Positions 12,092-22,207 of a DNA stretch of 64,000 nt are shown here, one piece after another (the stretch's first letter is position 1; each line of letters begins with the position of its first letter). A model generated the notes under the pieces. It saw nothing but the letters and a program-made list of their open reading frames with translations. It was not told the DNA's origin and made no database searches. The translations under genes were made by a program, and so were the position numbers. Origin of the DNA: Escherichia coli (GTDB taxonomy: Bacteria > Pseudomonadota > Gammaproteobacteria > Enterobacterales > Enterobacteriaceae); NCBI RefSeq assembly GCF_044647545.1, contig NZ_CP172818.1, one strand, 5' to 3'.

Positions 12092-13390
12092 ATGCGTAAA
12101 ATTAAAGGGTTACGTTGGTATATGATCGCACTGGTGACGCTCGGCACCGTGCTTGGTTACCTGACGCGTAACACTGTGGCGGCAGCTGCGCCAACTCTGA
12201 TGGAAGAGTTAAACATCTCCACCCAACAGTATTCCTATATCATCGCAGCGTATTCTGCTGCTTATACGGTCATGCAACCGGTAGCGGGTTATGTACTGGA
12301 TGTGCTGGGTACGAAAATCGGTTATGCAATGTTTGCTGTACTGTGGGCCGTATTCTGTGGTGCAACCGCGCTGGCAGGTAGTTGGGGTGGCCTGGCTGTT
12401 GCTCGTGGTGCGGTCGGTGCCGCGGAAGCCGCGATGATTCCGGCGGGTCTGAAAGCCAGCTCCGAATGGTTCCCGGCGAAAGAGCGTTCCATCGCGGTAG
12501 GTTACTTTAACGTAGGTTCTTCGATTGGTGCGATGATTGCGCCGCCGCTGGTGGTATGGGCAATCGTGATGCACAGCTGGCAGATGGCATTTATCATCTC
12601 CGGTGCGTTGAGCTTTATCTGGGCGATGGCATGGCTGATTTTCTACAAGCATCCGCGCGACCAGAAACATCTGACCGATGAAGAACGCGACTACATTATT
12701 AATGGTCAGGAAGCCCAGCACCAGGTTGACACAGCGAAGAAAATGTCCGTTGGTCAGATCCTGCGCAACCGTCAGTTCTGGGGTATCGCGCTGCCGCGCT
12801 TCCTGGCAGAACCGGCATGGGGTACTTTTAACGCGTGGATCCCGCTGTTCATGTTTAAAGTTTACGGCTTTAACCTGAAAGAGATCGCGATGTTTGCCTG
12901 GATGCCGATGCTGTTTGCTGACCTCGGTTGTATCCTCGGTGGTTACCTGCCGCCGCTGTTCCAGCGTTGGTTTGGTGTGAACCTGATCGTTTCCCGTAAG
13001 ATGGTCGTAACGCTGGGTGCTGTGCTGATGATTGGCCCGGGTATGATCGGTCTGTTCACCAACCCGTATGTCGCGATTATGCTGCTGTGTATCGGTGGTT
13101 TTGCTCACCAGGCACTGTCTGGCGCACTGATTACGCTCTCTTCTGACGTGTTCGGTCGTAACGAAGTGGCGACGGCGAACGGTTTAACCGGGATGTCCGC
13201 ATGGCTGGCAAGTACGCTGTTTGCACTGGTAGTCGGTGCACTGGCTGACACCATCGGCTTCAGCCCGCTGTTCGCAGTTCTGGCAGTGTTCGACCTGTTA
13301 GGTGCGCTGGTTATCTGGACCGTGTTGCAGAACAAACCGGCGATTGAGGTGGCGCAGGAATCACATAACGATCCCGCACCGCAACATTAA
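12092..13390 (+). CDS. exuT: Hexuronate transporter (MFS)
   Basis: Start at [10 protein letters not shown] with upstream tgagg RBS gives 432 aa. Confidence 0.85.
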   Translation: MRKIKGLRWYMIALVTLGTVLGYLTRNTVAAAAPTLMEELNISTQQYSYIIAAYSAAYTVMQPVAGYVLDVLGTKIGYAMFAVLWAVFCGATALAGSWGGLAVARGAVGAAEAAMIPAGLKASSEWFPAKERSIAVGYFNVGSSIGAMIAPPLVVWAIVMHSWQMAFIISGALSFIWAMAWLIFYKHPRDQKHLTDEERDYIINGQEAQHQVDTAKKMSVGQILRNRQFWGIALPRFLAEPAWGTFNAWIPLFMFKVYGFNLKEIAMFAWMPMLFADLGCILGGYLPPLFQRWFGVNLIVSRKMVVTLGAVLMIGPGMIGLFTNPYVAIMLLCIGGFAHQALSGALITLSSDVFGRNEVATANGLTGMSAWLASTLFALVVGALADTIGFSPLFAVLAVFDLLGALVIWTVLQNKPAIEVAQESHNDPAPQH

Positions 13391-13414
13391 CGCTTAATGT
13401 AAGTCGTAATGACG

Positions 13415-13440
13415 AAGCCGCCTCTTCAGGCGGCTTTTTC
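13415..13440 (+). terminator. Rho-independent terminator after exuT
   Basis: aagccgcc-tcttca-ggcggcttttt. Confidence 0.6.
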
Positions 13441-13530
13441 AATCATGCGATTTATATTTTAACAATGGCATACGCATGCATAAAGTGGTATAATAACTTT
13501 GTCTGCCGCATTCCACTCCTGGAGACGCAT

Positions 13531-14307
13531 ATGGAAATCACTGAACCACGCCGTTTGTATCAACAACTTGCCGCTGATCTGAAAGAGCGCATCGAACAGG
13601 GCGTCTATCTGGTGGGTGATAAACTGCCTGCCGAACGCTTTATTGCCGATGAAAAAAACGTCAGCCGCACCGTGGTTCGTGAAGCCATCATCATGCTGGA
13701 AGTTGAAGGCTATGTCGAAGTGCGTAAAGGTTCAGGTATTCATGTGGTTTCCAACCAGCCGCGCCATCAGCAATCGGCTGACAATAATATGGAGTTTGCC
13801 AATTACGGTCCGTTTGAGCTACTGCAAGCCCGCCAGCTCATCGAAAGTAATATTGCCGAGTTCGCGGCAACTCAGGTCACAAAACAGGACATCATGAAAT
13901 TGATGGCCATCCAGGAGCAGGCACGCGGCGAACAATGCTTCCGTGATTCCGAGTGGGATTTGCAGTTCCATATTCAGGTAGCCCTGGCGACGCAGAACTC
14001 CGCCCTGGCGGCTATCGTTGAAAAAATGTGGACCCAGCGTAGTCATAACCCGTACTGGAAAAAACTGCACGAACACATTGATGCCCGTACCGTCGATAAC
14101 TGGTGTGATGACCACGATCAAATCCTCAAAGCGCTGATTCGCAAAGATCCTCATGCTGCTAAGCTGGCAATGTGGCAGCACCTGGAAAACACCAAGATCA
14201 TGTTATTTAACGAAACCAGCGACGATTTCGAGTTCAATGCCGACCGCTATCTGTTCGCCGAAAACCCGGTGGTGCATCTCGATACAGCCACCAGCGGCAG
14301 TAAATGA
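13531..14307 (+). CDS. exuR: GntR-family hexuronate regulon repressor
   Basis: Start at [12 protein letters not shown] gives 258 aa. Confidence 0.9.
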   Translation: MEITEPRRLYQQLAADLKERIEQGVYLVGDKLPAERFIADEKNVSRTVVREAIIMLEVEGYVEVRKGSGIHVVSNQPRHQQSADNNMEFANYGPFELLQARQLIESNIAEFAATQVTKQDIMKLMAIQEQARGEQCFRDSEWDLQFHIQVALATQNSALAAIVEKMWTQRSHNPYWKKLHEHIDARTVDNWCDDHDQILKALIRKDPHAAKLAMWQHLENTKIMLFNETSDDFEFNADRYLFAENPVVHLDTATSGSK

Positions 14308-14318
14308 AATTCCTGTCC

Positions 14319-14346
14319 GACAGGCGCTACAGTGCGCCTGTTTGTC
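14319..14346 (+). terminator. Rho-independent terminator after exuR
   Basis: caggcgc-tacagt-gcgcctg followed by tttgtc. Confidence 0.5.
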
Positions 14347-14651
14347 TCGTCGGTAAGCGAAAAGTATAAAGTGTCAGCCTGTGTAAATCCTCTCGCCTCC
14401 CTCCCCTGCATTCAGCAAAATCAGACTCCACGGACATGTAATTTTGATAACGAACAACGTTGACCTTTGTTACAATTAGATTCAATTTGAATTTATGCTT
14501 TTGAATGCTTTCTTATCTCACGATTTAACAGGGAATAGTTCAGGCTGTGTTGATGTATCAAACCCGCAAAACATACCAAAACAGCAATAACATTGCGGTA
14601 GTGCATCATTTAAAACCAGCGTGGCGTTAACCGATTCACCAGGAATAATGA

Positions 14652-15314
14652 ATGGAACTTTTGACCCAATTGCTGCAAGCCCTGTGGGCGCAGGATTTTG
14701 AAACCCTGGCCAATCCGTCGATGATTGGCATGTTGTATTTTGTCTTGTTTGTCATTTTGTTCCTTGAAAACGGCTTGCTTCCGGCGGCCTTTTTACCGGG
14801 CGACAGTTTACTGGTACTGGTCGGCGTATTGATTGCGAAAGGCGCGATGGGCTATCCGCAAACGATTCTGCTGCTGACCGTTGCCGCCAGCCTCGGTTGC
14901 TGGGTCAGCTATATTCAGGGGCGATGGCTGGGCAATACCCGCACCGTACAAAACTGGCTATCTCATTTACCCGCGCATTATCATCAACGCGCACACCATC
15001 TTTTTCATAAACACGGTTTATCGGCGCTGTTAATTGGTCGCTTTATTGCGTTTGTCAGAACACTGCTGCCGACGATTGCCGGGTTATCAGGGCTGAATAA
15101 CGCGCGCTTTCAGTTCTTCAACTGGATGAGTGGTCTGCTGTGGGTATTGATCCTGACAACTCTGGGTTACATGCTCGGCAAAACGCCGGTATTTTTAAAG
15201 TACGAGGACCAGCTGATGTCATGCCTGATGCTGCTCCCGGTGGTGCTGCTGGTGTTTGGCCTGGCAGGTTCTCTGGTTGTGTTATGGAAAAAGAAATATG
15301 GAAATCGGGGGTAA
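14652..15314 (+). CDS. yqjA: DedA-family inner membrane protein
   Basis: 220 aa ORF. Confidence 0.9.
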   Translation: MELLTQLLQALWAQDFETLANPSMIGMLYFVLFVILFLENGLLPAAFLPGDSLLVLVGVLIAKGAMGYPQTILLLTVAASLGCWVSYIQGRWLGNTRTVQNWLSHLPAHYHQRAHHLFHKHGLSALLIGRFIAFVRTLLPTIAGLSGLNNARFQFFNWMSGLLWVLILTTLGYMLGKTPVFLKYEDQLMSCLMLLPVVLLVFGLAGSLVVLWKKKYGNRG

Positions 15315-15317
15315 GGG

Positions 15318-15701
15318 ATGCAAATACCTCGCATGTCACTTCGCCAGCTAGCCTGGTCCGGCGCTGTTTTACTTCTGGTCAGCACACTATTGCTGGCCTG
15401 GTCCGCGGTTCGCCAGCAAGAGTCTACGCTGGCGATTCGTGCCGTTCATCAAGGGACAACGATGCCAGACGGTTTTTCGATCTGGCATCACCTTGACGCT
15501 CACGGCATTCCTTTCAAAAGTATCACCCCCAAAAACGACACTCTGTTAATTACCTTTGACTCCAGCGACCAGAGCGCCGCCGCAAAAGCGGTCCTCGACA
15601 GAACATTGCCCCATGGCTACATCATTGCGCAGCAGGACAATAACAGTCAGGCTATGCAGTGGCTGACCCGGTTGCGGGATAACTCTCATCGCTTCGGATA
15701 A
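15318..15701 (+). CDS. mzrA: Modulator of EnvZ/OmpR
   Basis: 127 aa ORF with a single N-terminal TM segment. Confidence 0.85.
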   Translation: MQIPRMSLRQLAWSGAVLLLVSTLLLAWSAVRQQESTLAIRAVHQGTTMPDGFSIWHHLDAHGIPFKSITPKNDTLLITFDSSDQSAAAKAVLDRTLPHGYIIAQQDNNSQAMQWLTRLRDNSHRFG

Positions 15702-15847
15702 CTTCCTGTTATCTGAAACAGATCACTCACTTTGGTGATTTCACCGTAACTGTCTATGATTAATGGGGCGGTGGTTAACACGACCGCTTCGTTGTCTGGA
15801 CAATCGTTCCTTTGTAATAGGTCCGAATCACAATGGAAGGTTCAAGA

Positions 15848-16216
15848 ATGAAATACCGCATCGCTTTAGCTGTTTCTCTCTTTGCTCTTAGTGCCGGTAG
15901 TTATGCCACTACCCTGTGTCAGGAAAAGGAGCAAAATATCCTTAAGGAGATCAGCTATGCCGAAAAACACCAAAACCAGAATCGTATTGACGGTCTGAAT
16001 AAAGCCCTGAGTGAAGTCCGGGCCAACTGTTCAGATAGCCAACTGCGTGCCGATCATCAGAAGAAAATCGCAAAGCAGAAAGATGAGGTGGCGGAACGCC
16101 AGCAAGATTTAGCCGAGGCGAAGCAAAAAGGCGATGCAGATAAGATTGCCAAACGCGAACGGAAACTGGCAGAAGCGCAGGAAGAGCTGAAAAAGCTGGA
16201 AGCGCGCGACTACTAA
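15848..16216 (+). CDS. yqjC: DUF1090 periplasmic protein (signal peptide, coiled-coil)
   Basis: Start at MKYRIALAVSLFAL gives 122 aa. Confidence 0.8.
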   Translation: MKYRIALAVSLFALSAGSYATTLCQEKEQNILKEISYAEKHQNQNRIDGLNKALSEVRANCSDSQLRADHQKKIAKQKDEVAERQQDLAEAKQKGDADKIAKRERKLAEAQEELKKLEARDY

Positions 16217-16253
16217 CTCACAATAGTCACTACTTACTCACCTGGAGAAAACT

Positions 16254-16559
16254 ATGTCGAAAGAACACACTACGGAACATCTGCGTGCTGAGTTGAAATC
16301 CCTTTCCGATACGCTGGAAGAGGTGCTTAGCTCATCTGGCGAGAAGTCGAAAGAAGAGTTGAGTAAGATTCGTAGCAAAGCGGAGCAGGCACTGAAACAG
16401 AGCCGTTATCGCCTGGGTGAAACCGGTGATGCCATCGCCAAACAAACCCGTGTCGCGGCGGCGCGTGCCGATGAGTATGTGCGTGAAAATCCGTGGACCG
16501 GCGTGGGCATTGGCGCTGCAATCGGTGTAGTGCTCGGCGTTCTGCTGTCGCGTCGTTAA
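16254..16559 (+). CDS. yqjD: ElaB/YqjD-family ribosome-associated membrane protein
   Basis: 101 aa ORF with C-terminal TM anchor. Confidence 0.85.
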   Translation: MSKEHTTEHLRAELKSLSDTLEEVLSSSGEKSKEELSKIRSKAEQALKQSRYRLGETGDAIAKQTRVAAARADEYVRENPWTGVGIGAAIGVVLGVLLSRR

Positions 16560-16561
16560 TT

Positions 16562-16966
16562 ATGGCGGACACTCATCACGCGCAAGGGCCCGGTAAAAGC
16601 GTTCTGGGCATCGGGCAGCGAATTGTTTCCATCATGGTTGAAATGGTGGAAACACGTCTGCGGCTGGCGGTGGTGGAGCTGGAAGAGGAAAAAGCGAATC
16701 TCTTTCAACTTTTACTGATGCTGGGCCTGACGATGCTTTTCGCTGCATTTGGTCTTATGAGCCTGATGGTGCTAATTATTTGGGCGGTTGATCCGCAATA
16801 TCGCCTGAATGCGATGATTGCCACCACCGTGGTGTTGCTGCTACTGGCACTGATTGGCGGTATCTGGACGTTACGTAAATCGCGTAAATCCACCTTGCTG
16901 CGCCATACACGCCATGAGCTGGCAAACGATCGGCAGCTGCTCGAGGAGGAGTCCCGTGAGCAGTAA
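16562..16966 (+). CDS. yqjE: Inner membrane protein YqjE
   Basis: Start at MADTHHAQGPG gives 134 aa. Confidence 0.8.
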   Translation: MADTHHAQGPGKSVLGIGQRIVSIMVEMVETRLRLAVVELEEEKANLFQLLLMLGLTMLFAAFGLMSLMVLIIWAVDPQYRLNAMIATTVVLLLLALIGGIWTLRKSRKSTLLRHTRHELANDRQLLEEESREQ

Positions 16967-17255
16967 AGTCGAACATGAACGACGTAAGGCGCAACTGCTT
17001 AGCCAGATCCAGCAACAACGGCTGGATCTTTCCGCCACTCGTCGTGAATGGCTGGAGGCAACAGGCGCTTACGATCGTCGCTGGAATATGCTGTTGAGTC
17101 TGCGCTCCTGGGCGCTGGTTGGCAGTAGCGTGATGGCTATCTGGACGATTCGCCATCCTAATATGCTGGTCCGCTGGGCCAGACGCGGTTTTGGTGTATG
17201 GAGCGCCTGGCGTCTGGTTAAAACGACCCTCAAGCAGCAACAGCTTCGCGGTTAA
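16956..17255 (+). CDS. yqjK: Small protein YqjK (GTG start, overlaps yqjE stop)
   Basis: GTG at 16956 gives 99 aa (SSKVEHERRK...); no in-frame ATG at the expected position. Confidence 0.6.
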   Translation: MSSKVEHERRKAQLLSQIQQQRLDLSATRREWLEATGAYDRRWNMLLSLRSWALVGSSVMAIWTIRHPNMLVRWARRGFGVWSAWRLVKTTLKQQQLRG

Positions 17256-17440
17256 CTTCCCTCTGGCCGGAGCCATTCCGGCCTTATCCCTCAAATTTTT
17301 TGAAGATTTTTGACAATTTTCCTTGCTAACAATCACGCTTCGCCACGTTTATGATTCTCTCCATCGACAGCAACGACGCTAATAGCGCGCCCTTGCACAA
17401 AAAAACAATCAGCAGCCTGAGCGGCGCAGTGGAGAGTATG

Positions 17441-17833
17441 ATGAAAAAATTAGAAGATGTTGGTGTACTGGTAGCGCGTATTTTAATGCCGATTCTGTTT
17501 ATTACCGCAGGCTGGGGAAAAATTACTGGCTACGCGGGTACCCAACAATATATGGAAGCAATGGGCGTCCCCGGCTTTATGCTGCCGCTGGTGATTCTGC
17601 TTGAGTTTGGTGGTGGTCTGGCAATCCTGTTCGGTTTCCTGACACGTACCACAGCCCTGTTTACTGCGGGCTTTACGCTGCTGACGGCATTTTTATTTCA
17701 CAGCAACTTTGCTGAAGGCGTCAACTCGCTGATGTTCATGAAAAACCTGACGATTTCTGGCGGGTTCCTGCTGCTGGCGATTACCGGTCCGGGCGCGTAT
17801 AGCATCGACCGCCTGCTGAATAAAAAGTGGTAA
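17441..17833 (+). CDS. yqjF: DoxX-family membrane protein
   Basis: Start at MMKKLEDVG with ggagag RBS gives 130 aa. Confidence 0.8.
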   Translation: MKKLEDVGVLVARILMPILFITAGWGKITGYAGTQQYMEAMGVPGFMLPLVILLEFGGGLAILFGFLTRTTALFTAGFTLLTAFLFHSNFAEGVNSLMFMKNLTISGGFLLLAITGPGAYSIDRLLNKKW

Positions 17834-17856
17834 GCACGCGCTATACTTAACAATAA

Positions 17857-17884
17857 AAAACGAGGAGGAAGCTCCTCGTTTTTG
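17857..17884 (+). terminator. Rho-independent terminator after yqjF
   Basis: cgaggag-gaag-ctcctcg followed by ttttt. Confidence 0.6.
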
Positions 17885-17902
17885 CTATTGGAGGAGAGAA
17901 AA

Positions 17903-18889
17903 ATGGGTCAACTGATTGACGGCGTCTGGCATGACACCTGGTACGATACCAAATCCACCGGCGGTAAATTTCAACGTTCAGCTTCCGCATTTCGTAACTG
18001 GCTCACTGCCGATGGCGCGCCAGGCCCCACTGGCACAGGCGGTTTTATCGCAGAGAAAGATCGTTATCATCTCTATGTTTCACTCGCCTGCCCGTGGGCG
18101 CACCGCACGCTGATCATGCGTAAGCTCAAAGGACTGGAACCGTTTATTTCCGTTTCCGTAGTGAACCCGCTGATGCTGGAAAACGGCTGGACCTTTGATG
18201 ACAGTTTTCCGGGAGCAACCGGCGACACGCTCTATCAACATGAATTTCTGTATCAGCTTTATCTCCACGCCGATCCACACTACAGCGGACGAGTTACTGT
18301 TCCCGTGCTGTGGGACAAAAAAAACCACACCATCGTCAGCAACGAATCAGCAGAAATCATACGCATGTTCAATACCGCGTTTGATGCGCTGGGCGCGAAA
18401 GCGGGTGATTACTACCCACCAGCCCTGCAAACGAAAATTGACGAACTTAACGGCTGGATTTATGACACTGTTAACAACGGCGTGTATAAAGCTGGTTTTG
18501 CCACCAGCCAGCAAGCTTACGACGAGGCGGTGGCGAAAGTGTTTGAATCGCTGGCGCGACTGGAACAGATTTTAGGTCAGCACCGTTACCTGACCGGCAA
18601 CCAGCTAACCGAAGCCGATATTCGCCTGTGGACCACGCTGGTGCGTTTTGATCCAGTGTATGTGACCCACTTCAAGTGTGATAAGCACCGCATCAGCGAT
18701 TACCTGAATCTGTATGGCTTCCTGCGCGATATCTACCAGATGCCGGGAATTGCCGAAACAGTCAATTTCGATCACATCCGTAATCATTACTTCCGCAGCC
18801 ATAAGACCATCAACCCTACGGGGATTATTTCAATTGGTCCGTGGCAGGATCTCGATGAACCGCATGGACGAGATGTTCGCTTCGGTTAA
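17903..18889 (+). CDS. yqjG: Glutathionyl-hydroquinone reductase (Xi-class GST)
   Basis: Start at MGQLIDGVWHDTW gives 328 aa. Confidence 0.9.
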   Translation: MGQLIDGVWHDTWYDTKSTGGKFQRSASAFRNWLTADGAPGPTGTGGFIAEKDRYHLYVSLACPWAHRTLIMRKLKGLEPFISVSVVNPLMLENGWTFDDSFPGATGDTLYQHEFLYQLYLHADPHYSGRVTVPVLWDKKNHTIVSNESAEIIRMFNTAFDALGAKAGDYYPPALQTKIDELNGWIYDTVNNGVYKAGFATSQQAYDEAVAKVFESLARLEQILGQHRYLTGNQLTEADIRLWTTLVRFDPVYVTHFKCDKHRISDYLNLYGFLRDIYQMPGIAETVNFDHIRNHYFRSHKTINPTGIISIGPWQDLDEPHGRDVRFG

Positions 18890-18929
18890 AAAAAGGCACC
18901 TTACGAGGTGCCTCTGATAATTAGCTAAG

Positions 18930-19050
18930 TGCGTGTTGTTCATGTCGGATGCGGCGTAAACGCCTTATCAAACCTACAAAACATTTATATTCAATATGTT
19001 GCAATGACCGCGCAGGCCAGATAAGCGTAGCGCATCTGGCAATTTTGCGC
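18930..19050. repeat. REP element cluster
   Basis: gtcggatgcggcgtaaacgccttatc ... motifs. Confidence 0.6.
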
Positions 19051-19171
19051 TTGCCCTTATCCTTCACAGCGCCTTATTAATTCATCGAGATAATATTTAC
19101 TGCCATTTCATTCACGTCTATTCTTAATTTGCTGCTTTAAAAACAAGTGATTGAGCAAAATTGAGGCAAAA

Positions 19172-19537
19172 ATGGACTGGTATCTGAAAGTACTAAAAAA
19201 TTATGTCGGTTTCCGGGGTCGTGCGCGGCGCAAAGAGTACTGGATGTTTATTCTGGTCAACATCATCTTTACGTTCGTGCTGGGGCTACTGGATAAAATG
19301 TTAGGCTGGCAACGTGCCGGTGGCGAAGGCATCCTGACGACAATCTACGGTATTCTGGTGTTTTTACCATGGTGGGCAGTTCAGTTCCGCCGCCTGCACG
19401 ACACCGACCGCTCGGCGTGGTGGGCACTGCTGTTCTTAATCCCGTTTATCGGCTGGCTTATTATCATCGTCTTTAACTGCCAGGCGGGTACGCCAGGCGA
19501 AAACCGCTTTGGACCTGATCCAAAACTGGAACCTTAA
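19172..19537 (+). CDS. yhaH: DUF805 inner membrane protein
   Basis: Start at MDWYLKVLKNYVGF gives 121 aa; paralogous to the next gene. Confidence 0.8.
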   Translation: MDWYLKVLKNYVGFRGRARRKEYWMFILVNIIFTFVLGLLDKMLGWQRAGGEGILTTIYGILVFLPWWAVQFRRLHDTDRSAWWALLFLIPFIGWLIIIVFNCQAGTPGENRFGPDPKLEP

Positions 19538-19778
19538 AACAAATCTCCTCGCCGGATGTCTGACTCATCCGGCTTTTATCATCATGTTGATGAATGAATA
19601 ATTTACTAATGTTTATTTAAAATATTTCAATATCGTTATATAAATTACCTATAAAAAATAACCATGTATTTATCTTAAATATCAAAACCTTTATAACATC
19701 CGAAAAAGAAAGATACGAATAGCATTTACACAATACCCGGAATAGACTTTCGTCACTTTTAATTAAAGGGATGTTTTT

Positions 19779-20135
19779 ATGCAGTGGTATTTAGCCGTAT
19801 TAAAAAATTATGTTGGTTTCTCTGGTCGCGCACGTCGTAAAGAGTACTGGATGTTTACTCTGATTAACGCCATCGTCGGCGCTATTATCAATGTCATTCA
19901 ATTGATTTTAGGTTTAGAGTTTCCATTCCTTTCTCTCATTTACCTGGCAGCAACAATCATTCCGGTCATTGCTCTGTGCGTTCGTCGTCTGCACGATACT
20001 GACCGTTCAGGTGCGTGGGCGCTTCTCTATCTGGTACCGGTCATTGGCTGGTTAGTTCTGTTTGTATTTGCCTGTTTAGAAGGCAATTCTGGCAGCAATC
20101 GTTACGGAAACGATCCGAAGTTTAGTTCAAATTAA
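19779..20135 (+). CDS. yhaI: DUF805 inner membrane protein
   Basis: 118 aa; shares WY/LxVLKNYVGFxGRARRKEYWMF and RRLHDTDRS motifs with yhaH. Confidence 0.8.
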   Translation: MQWYLAVLKNYVGFSGRARRKEYWMFTLINAIVGAIINVIQLILGLEFPFLSLIYLAATIIPVIALCVRRLHDTDRSGAWALLYLVPVIGWLVLFVFACLEGNSGSNRYGNDPKFSSN

Positions 20136-20145
20136 TCTTAGAATT

Positions 20146-20170
20146 GGGGCGATATTTCGCCCCTTTTTAT
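20146..20170. terminator. Hairpin terminator between convergent yhaI and yhaJ
   Basis: ggggcgatatttcgcccc followed by tttttatt. Confidence 0.6.
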
Positions 20171-20185
20171 TAAAAATAACAAATA

Positions 20186-21082
20186 TTATTTTCCGCTAAA
20201 AAGTTTGGGAATTTCCCGCAGACACCAGGATTTCGCCTCCCCCATACTGTCACGACGCCAGGCCATAATAATATCGATCTCGCTGGTCGATTCCGGGCTG
20301 ACGACACGCAACCGCCCTTCCGCAATATCTTTTTCGACCATCGGATACGGCATCGTCGCCACGCCAAGCCCCGCCAGTAATGCCTGACGTTTATCTTCAA
20401 TCGTGCTCACCGTTAAGCGCGGCTGTTTGTCCAGCAGTTGTACGGTCAATACCGGGCGCTCACGAGCGGTATCCGCCACCGCAATTCCACGATATTTCAC
20501 GCGCGTCACTTCAGATAACGGTTCCGGCTCCTGATGAATCGGGTGATCAGGCGCGGCAACGTAGACGTTCATTAACGTATAGAGCTTGCGCGAGTTGATC
20601 TCCGACGAGGAGCGAAAATGCATATCCGGCGCGATAACAATATCCGCCCGCCCCTGCTCCAGCCGTTCCCACGCCCCTGCCAGCACTTCGGTGATGATTG
20701 CCAGTTGGGTATTGGCTTTTACCGCCAGTTTGTCAATTAACGGGAAAAAGGCAGGTGTCGGTACCAGCGCTTCGGTCACAATGGTGAGATGCGTTTCCCA
20801 ACCGCGCGCGAGAGCTTCCGCATCGGTAGTCAGTTTATCTGCGGCTTCCAGCAAAACGCGCCCTCGCTCCAGCAACATCCTCCCGACATTGGTGAATTTG
20901 GTGCGATGGCCCGAGCGGTCAAACAGCACCACATCCAGCTCTTCTTCCAGTTTTTGCATGGTGTAGCTAAGTGCGGAAGGCACGCGTCCCAGCTCATCCG
21001 CCGCCGCCGCAAAACTGCCCCGGCGATCGATCGCATCCATAACCCGTAGTGCTTCCAGCGTTAATGCCCTTTCTTTGGCCAT
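20186..21082 (-). CDS. yhaJ: LysR-family transcriptional regulator
   Basis: 298 aa ORF with N-terminal HTH. Confidence 0.9.
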   Translation of the reverse strand: MAKERALTLEALRVMDAIDRRGSFAAAADELGRVPSALSYTMQKLEEELDVVLFDRSGHRTKFTNVGRMLLERGRVLLEAADKLTTDAEALARGWETHLTIVTEALVPTPAFFPLIDKLAVKANTQLAIITEVLAGAWERLEQGRADIVIAPDMHFRSSSEINSRKLYTLMNVYVAAPDHPIHQEPEPLSEVTRVKYRGIAVADTARERPVLTVQLLDKQPRLTVSTIEDKRQALLAGLGVATMPYPMVEKDIAEGRLRVVSPESTSEIDIIMAWRRDSMGEAKSWCLREIPKLFSGK

Positions 21083-21186
21083 TTCGTTCTCATTCAGGAA
21101 ATTTGAACATACCGGGCAGAATATCTGGCTAACAATGTAGCGTCCAGCCCCTTACCATAAAAGGAAGTAAAGAGAGGTCAAGAATT

Positions 21187-21888
21187 ATGATTACTACCCG
21201 AACTGCCAGGCAGTGTGGACAAGCAGACTACGGATGGTTGCAGGCCCGGTATACTTTTTCCTTTGGACACTACTTCGACCCGAAATTGTTAGGCTATGCC
21301 TCCCTGCGCGTGCTTAACCAGGAAGTGCTGGCCCCAGGTGCCGCCTTTCAGCCACGAACCTATCCCAAAGTCGATATTTTAAATGTGATTCTGGATGGAG
21401 AAGCTGAGTATCGCGACAGCGAAGGCAATCATGTTCAGGCCAGCGCTGGTGAGGTGTTGCTGCTCTCTACCCAGCCGGGTGTCAGCTATAGCGAACACAA
21501 TCTCAGCAAAGACAAATCGTTAACGCGAATGCAACTTTGGCTGGATGCCTGCCCACAACGAGAGAATCCGCTGATTCAAAAACTGGCGCTTAATATGAGC
21601 AAGCAGCAATTAATCGCCTCGCCAGAAGGTGGGATGGGAAGCCTGCAATTGCGCCAGCAAGTGTGGCTGCACCATATCGTGCTCGACAAAGGCGAAAGTG
21701 CGAATTTCCAGTTGCATGGGCCACGCGCGTATTTGCAATCGATTCACGGGAAATTTCATGCGCTTACGCATCATGAAGAGAAAGCGGCGCTAACCTGCGG
21801 TGATGGGGCGTTTATTCGTGACGAGGCTAACATTACGCTGGTTGCCGATTCCCCACTGCGCGCTTTGCTGATAGATTTGCCTGTCTAG
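21187..21888 (+). CDS. yhaK: Pirin-like cupin protein
   Basis: 233 aa ORF, divergent from yhaJ. Confidence 0.9.
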   Translation: MITTRTARQCGQADYGWLQARYTFSFGHYFDPKLLGYASLRVLNQEVLAPGAAFQPRTYPKVDILNVILDGEAEYRDSEGNHVQASAGEVLLLSTQPGVSYSEHNLSKDKSLTRMQLWLDACPQRENPLIQKLALNMSKQQLIASPEGGMGSLQLRQQVWLHHIVLDKGESANFQLHGPRAYLQSIHGKFHALTHHEEKAALTCGDGAFIRDEANITLVADSPLRALLIDLPV

Positions 21889-21910
21889 TTGTTTTTACAG
21901 GGAGATGATG

Positions 21911-22075
21911 ATGAGTAAAAAATCGGCCAAAAAGCGTCAGCCAGTGAAGCCCGTGGTGGCGAAAGAACCTTCTCGCACCGCCAAAAATTTTGGCTATGAA
22001 GAGATGTTGAGCGAGCTGGAAGCCATCGTCGCGGATGCTGAAACGCGTTTAGCCGAGGATGAAGCTACCGCGTAA
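21911..22075 (+). CDS. yhaL: Small protein YhaL (54 aa)
   Basis: ATG at 21911 to TAA at 22073; translation MSKKSAKKRQPVKPVVAKEPSRTAKNFGYEEMLSELEAIVADAETRLAEDEATA; below the 60-aa cutoff of the ORF track. Confidence 0.55.
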   Translation: MSKKSAKKRQPVKPVVAKEPSRTAKNFGYEEMLSELEAIVADAETRLAEDEATA

Positions 22076-22081
22076 AGACAA

Positions 22082-22190
22082 GTGCCGGATGTGGCGTAAA
22101 CGCCTTATCCGGCCTACAAAACACAACAACATCAACAAATTGTGCAATTCGTAGGCCGGATAAGATGCGCCAGCATCGCATCCGGCACGA
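22082..22190. repeat. REP element pair
   Basis: gccggatgtggcgtaaacgccttatccggcctac ... gtaggccggataagatgcgcc. Confidence 0.7.
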
Positions 22191-22207
22191 TACCCAAAAC
22201 CTGGCGT

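Noticed and set aside
12209-13108. 299-aa ORF on the minus strand
   Set aside because: Antisense shadow of exuT.
18890-18915. Hairpin aggcacc-ttacg-aggtgcct after yqjG as a rho-independent terminator
   Set aside because: No U run follows on the plus strand (the A run precedes it), so a terminator call for yqjG is weak; not annotated.
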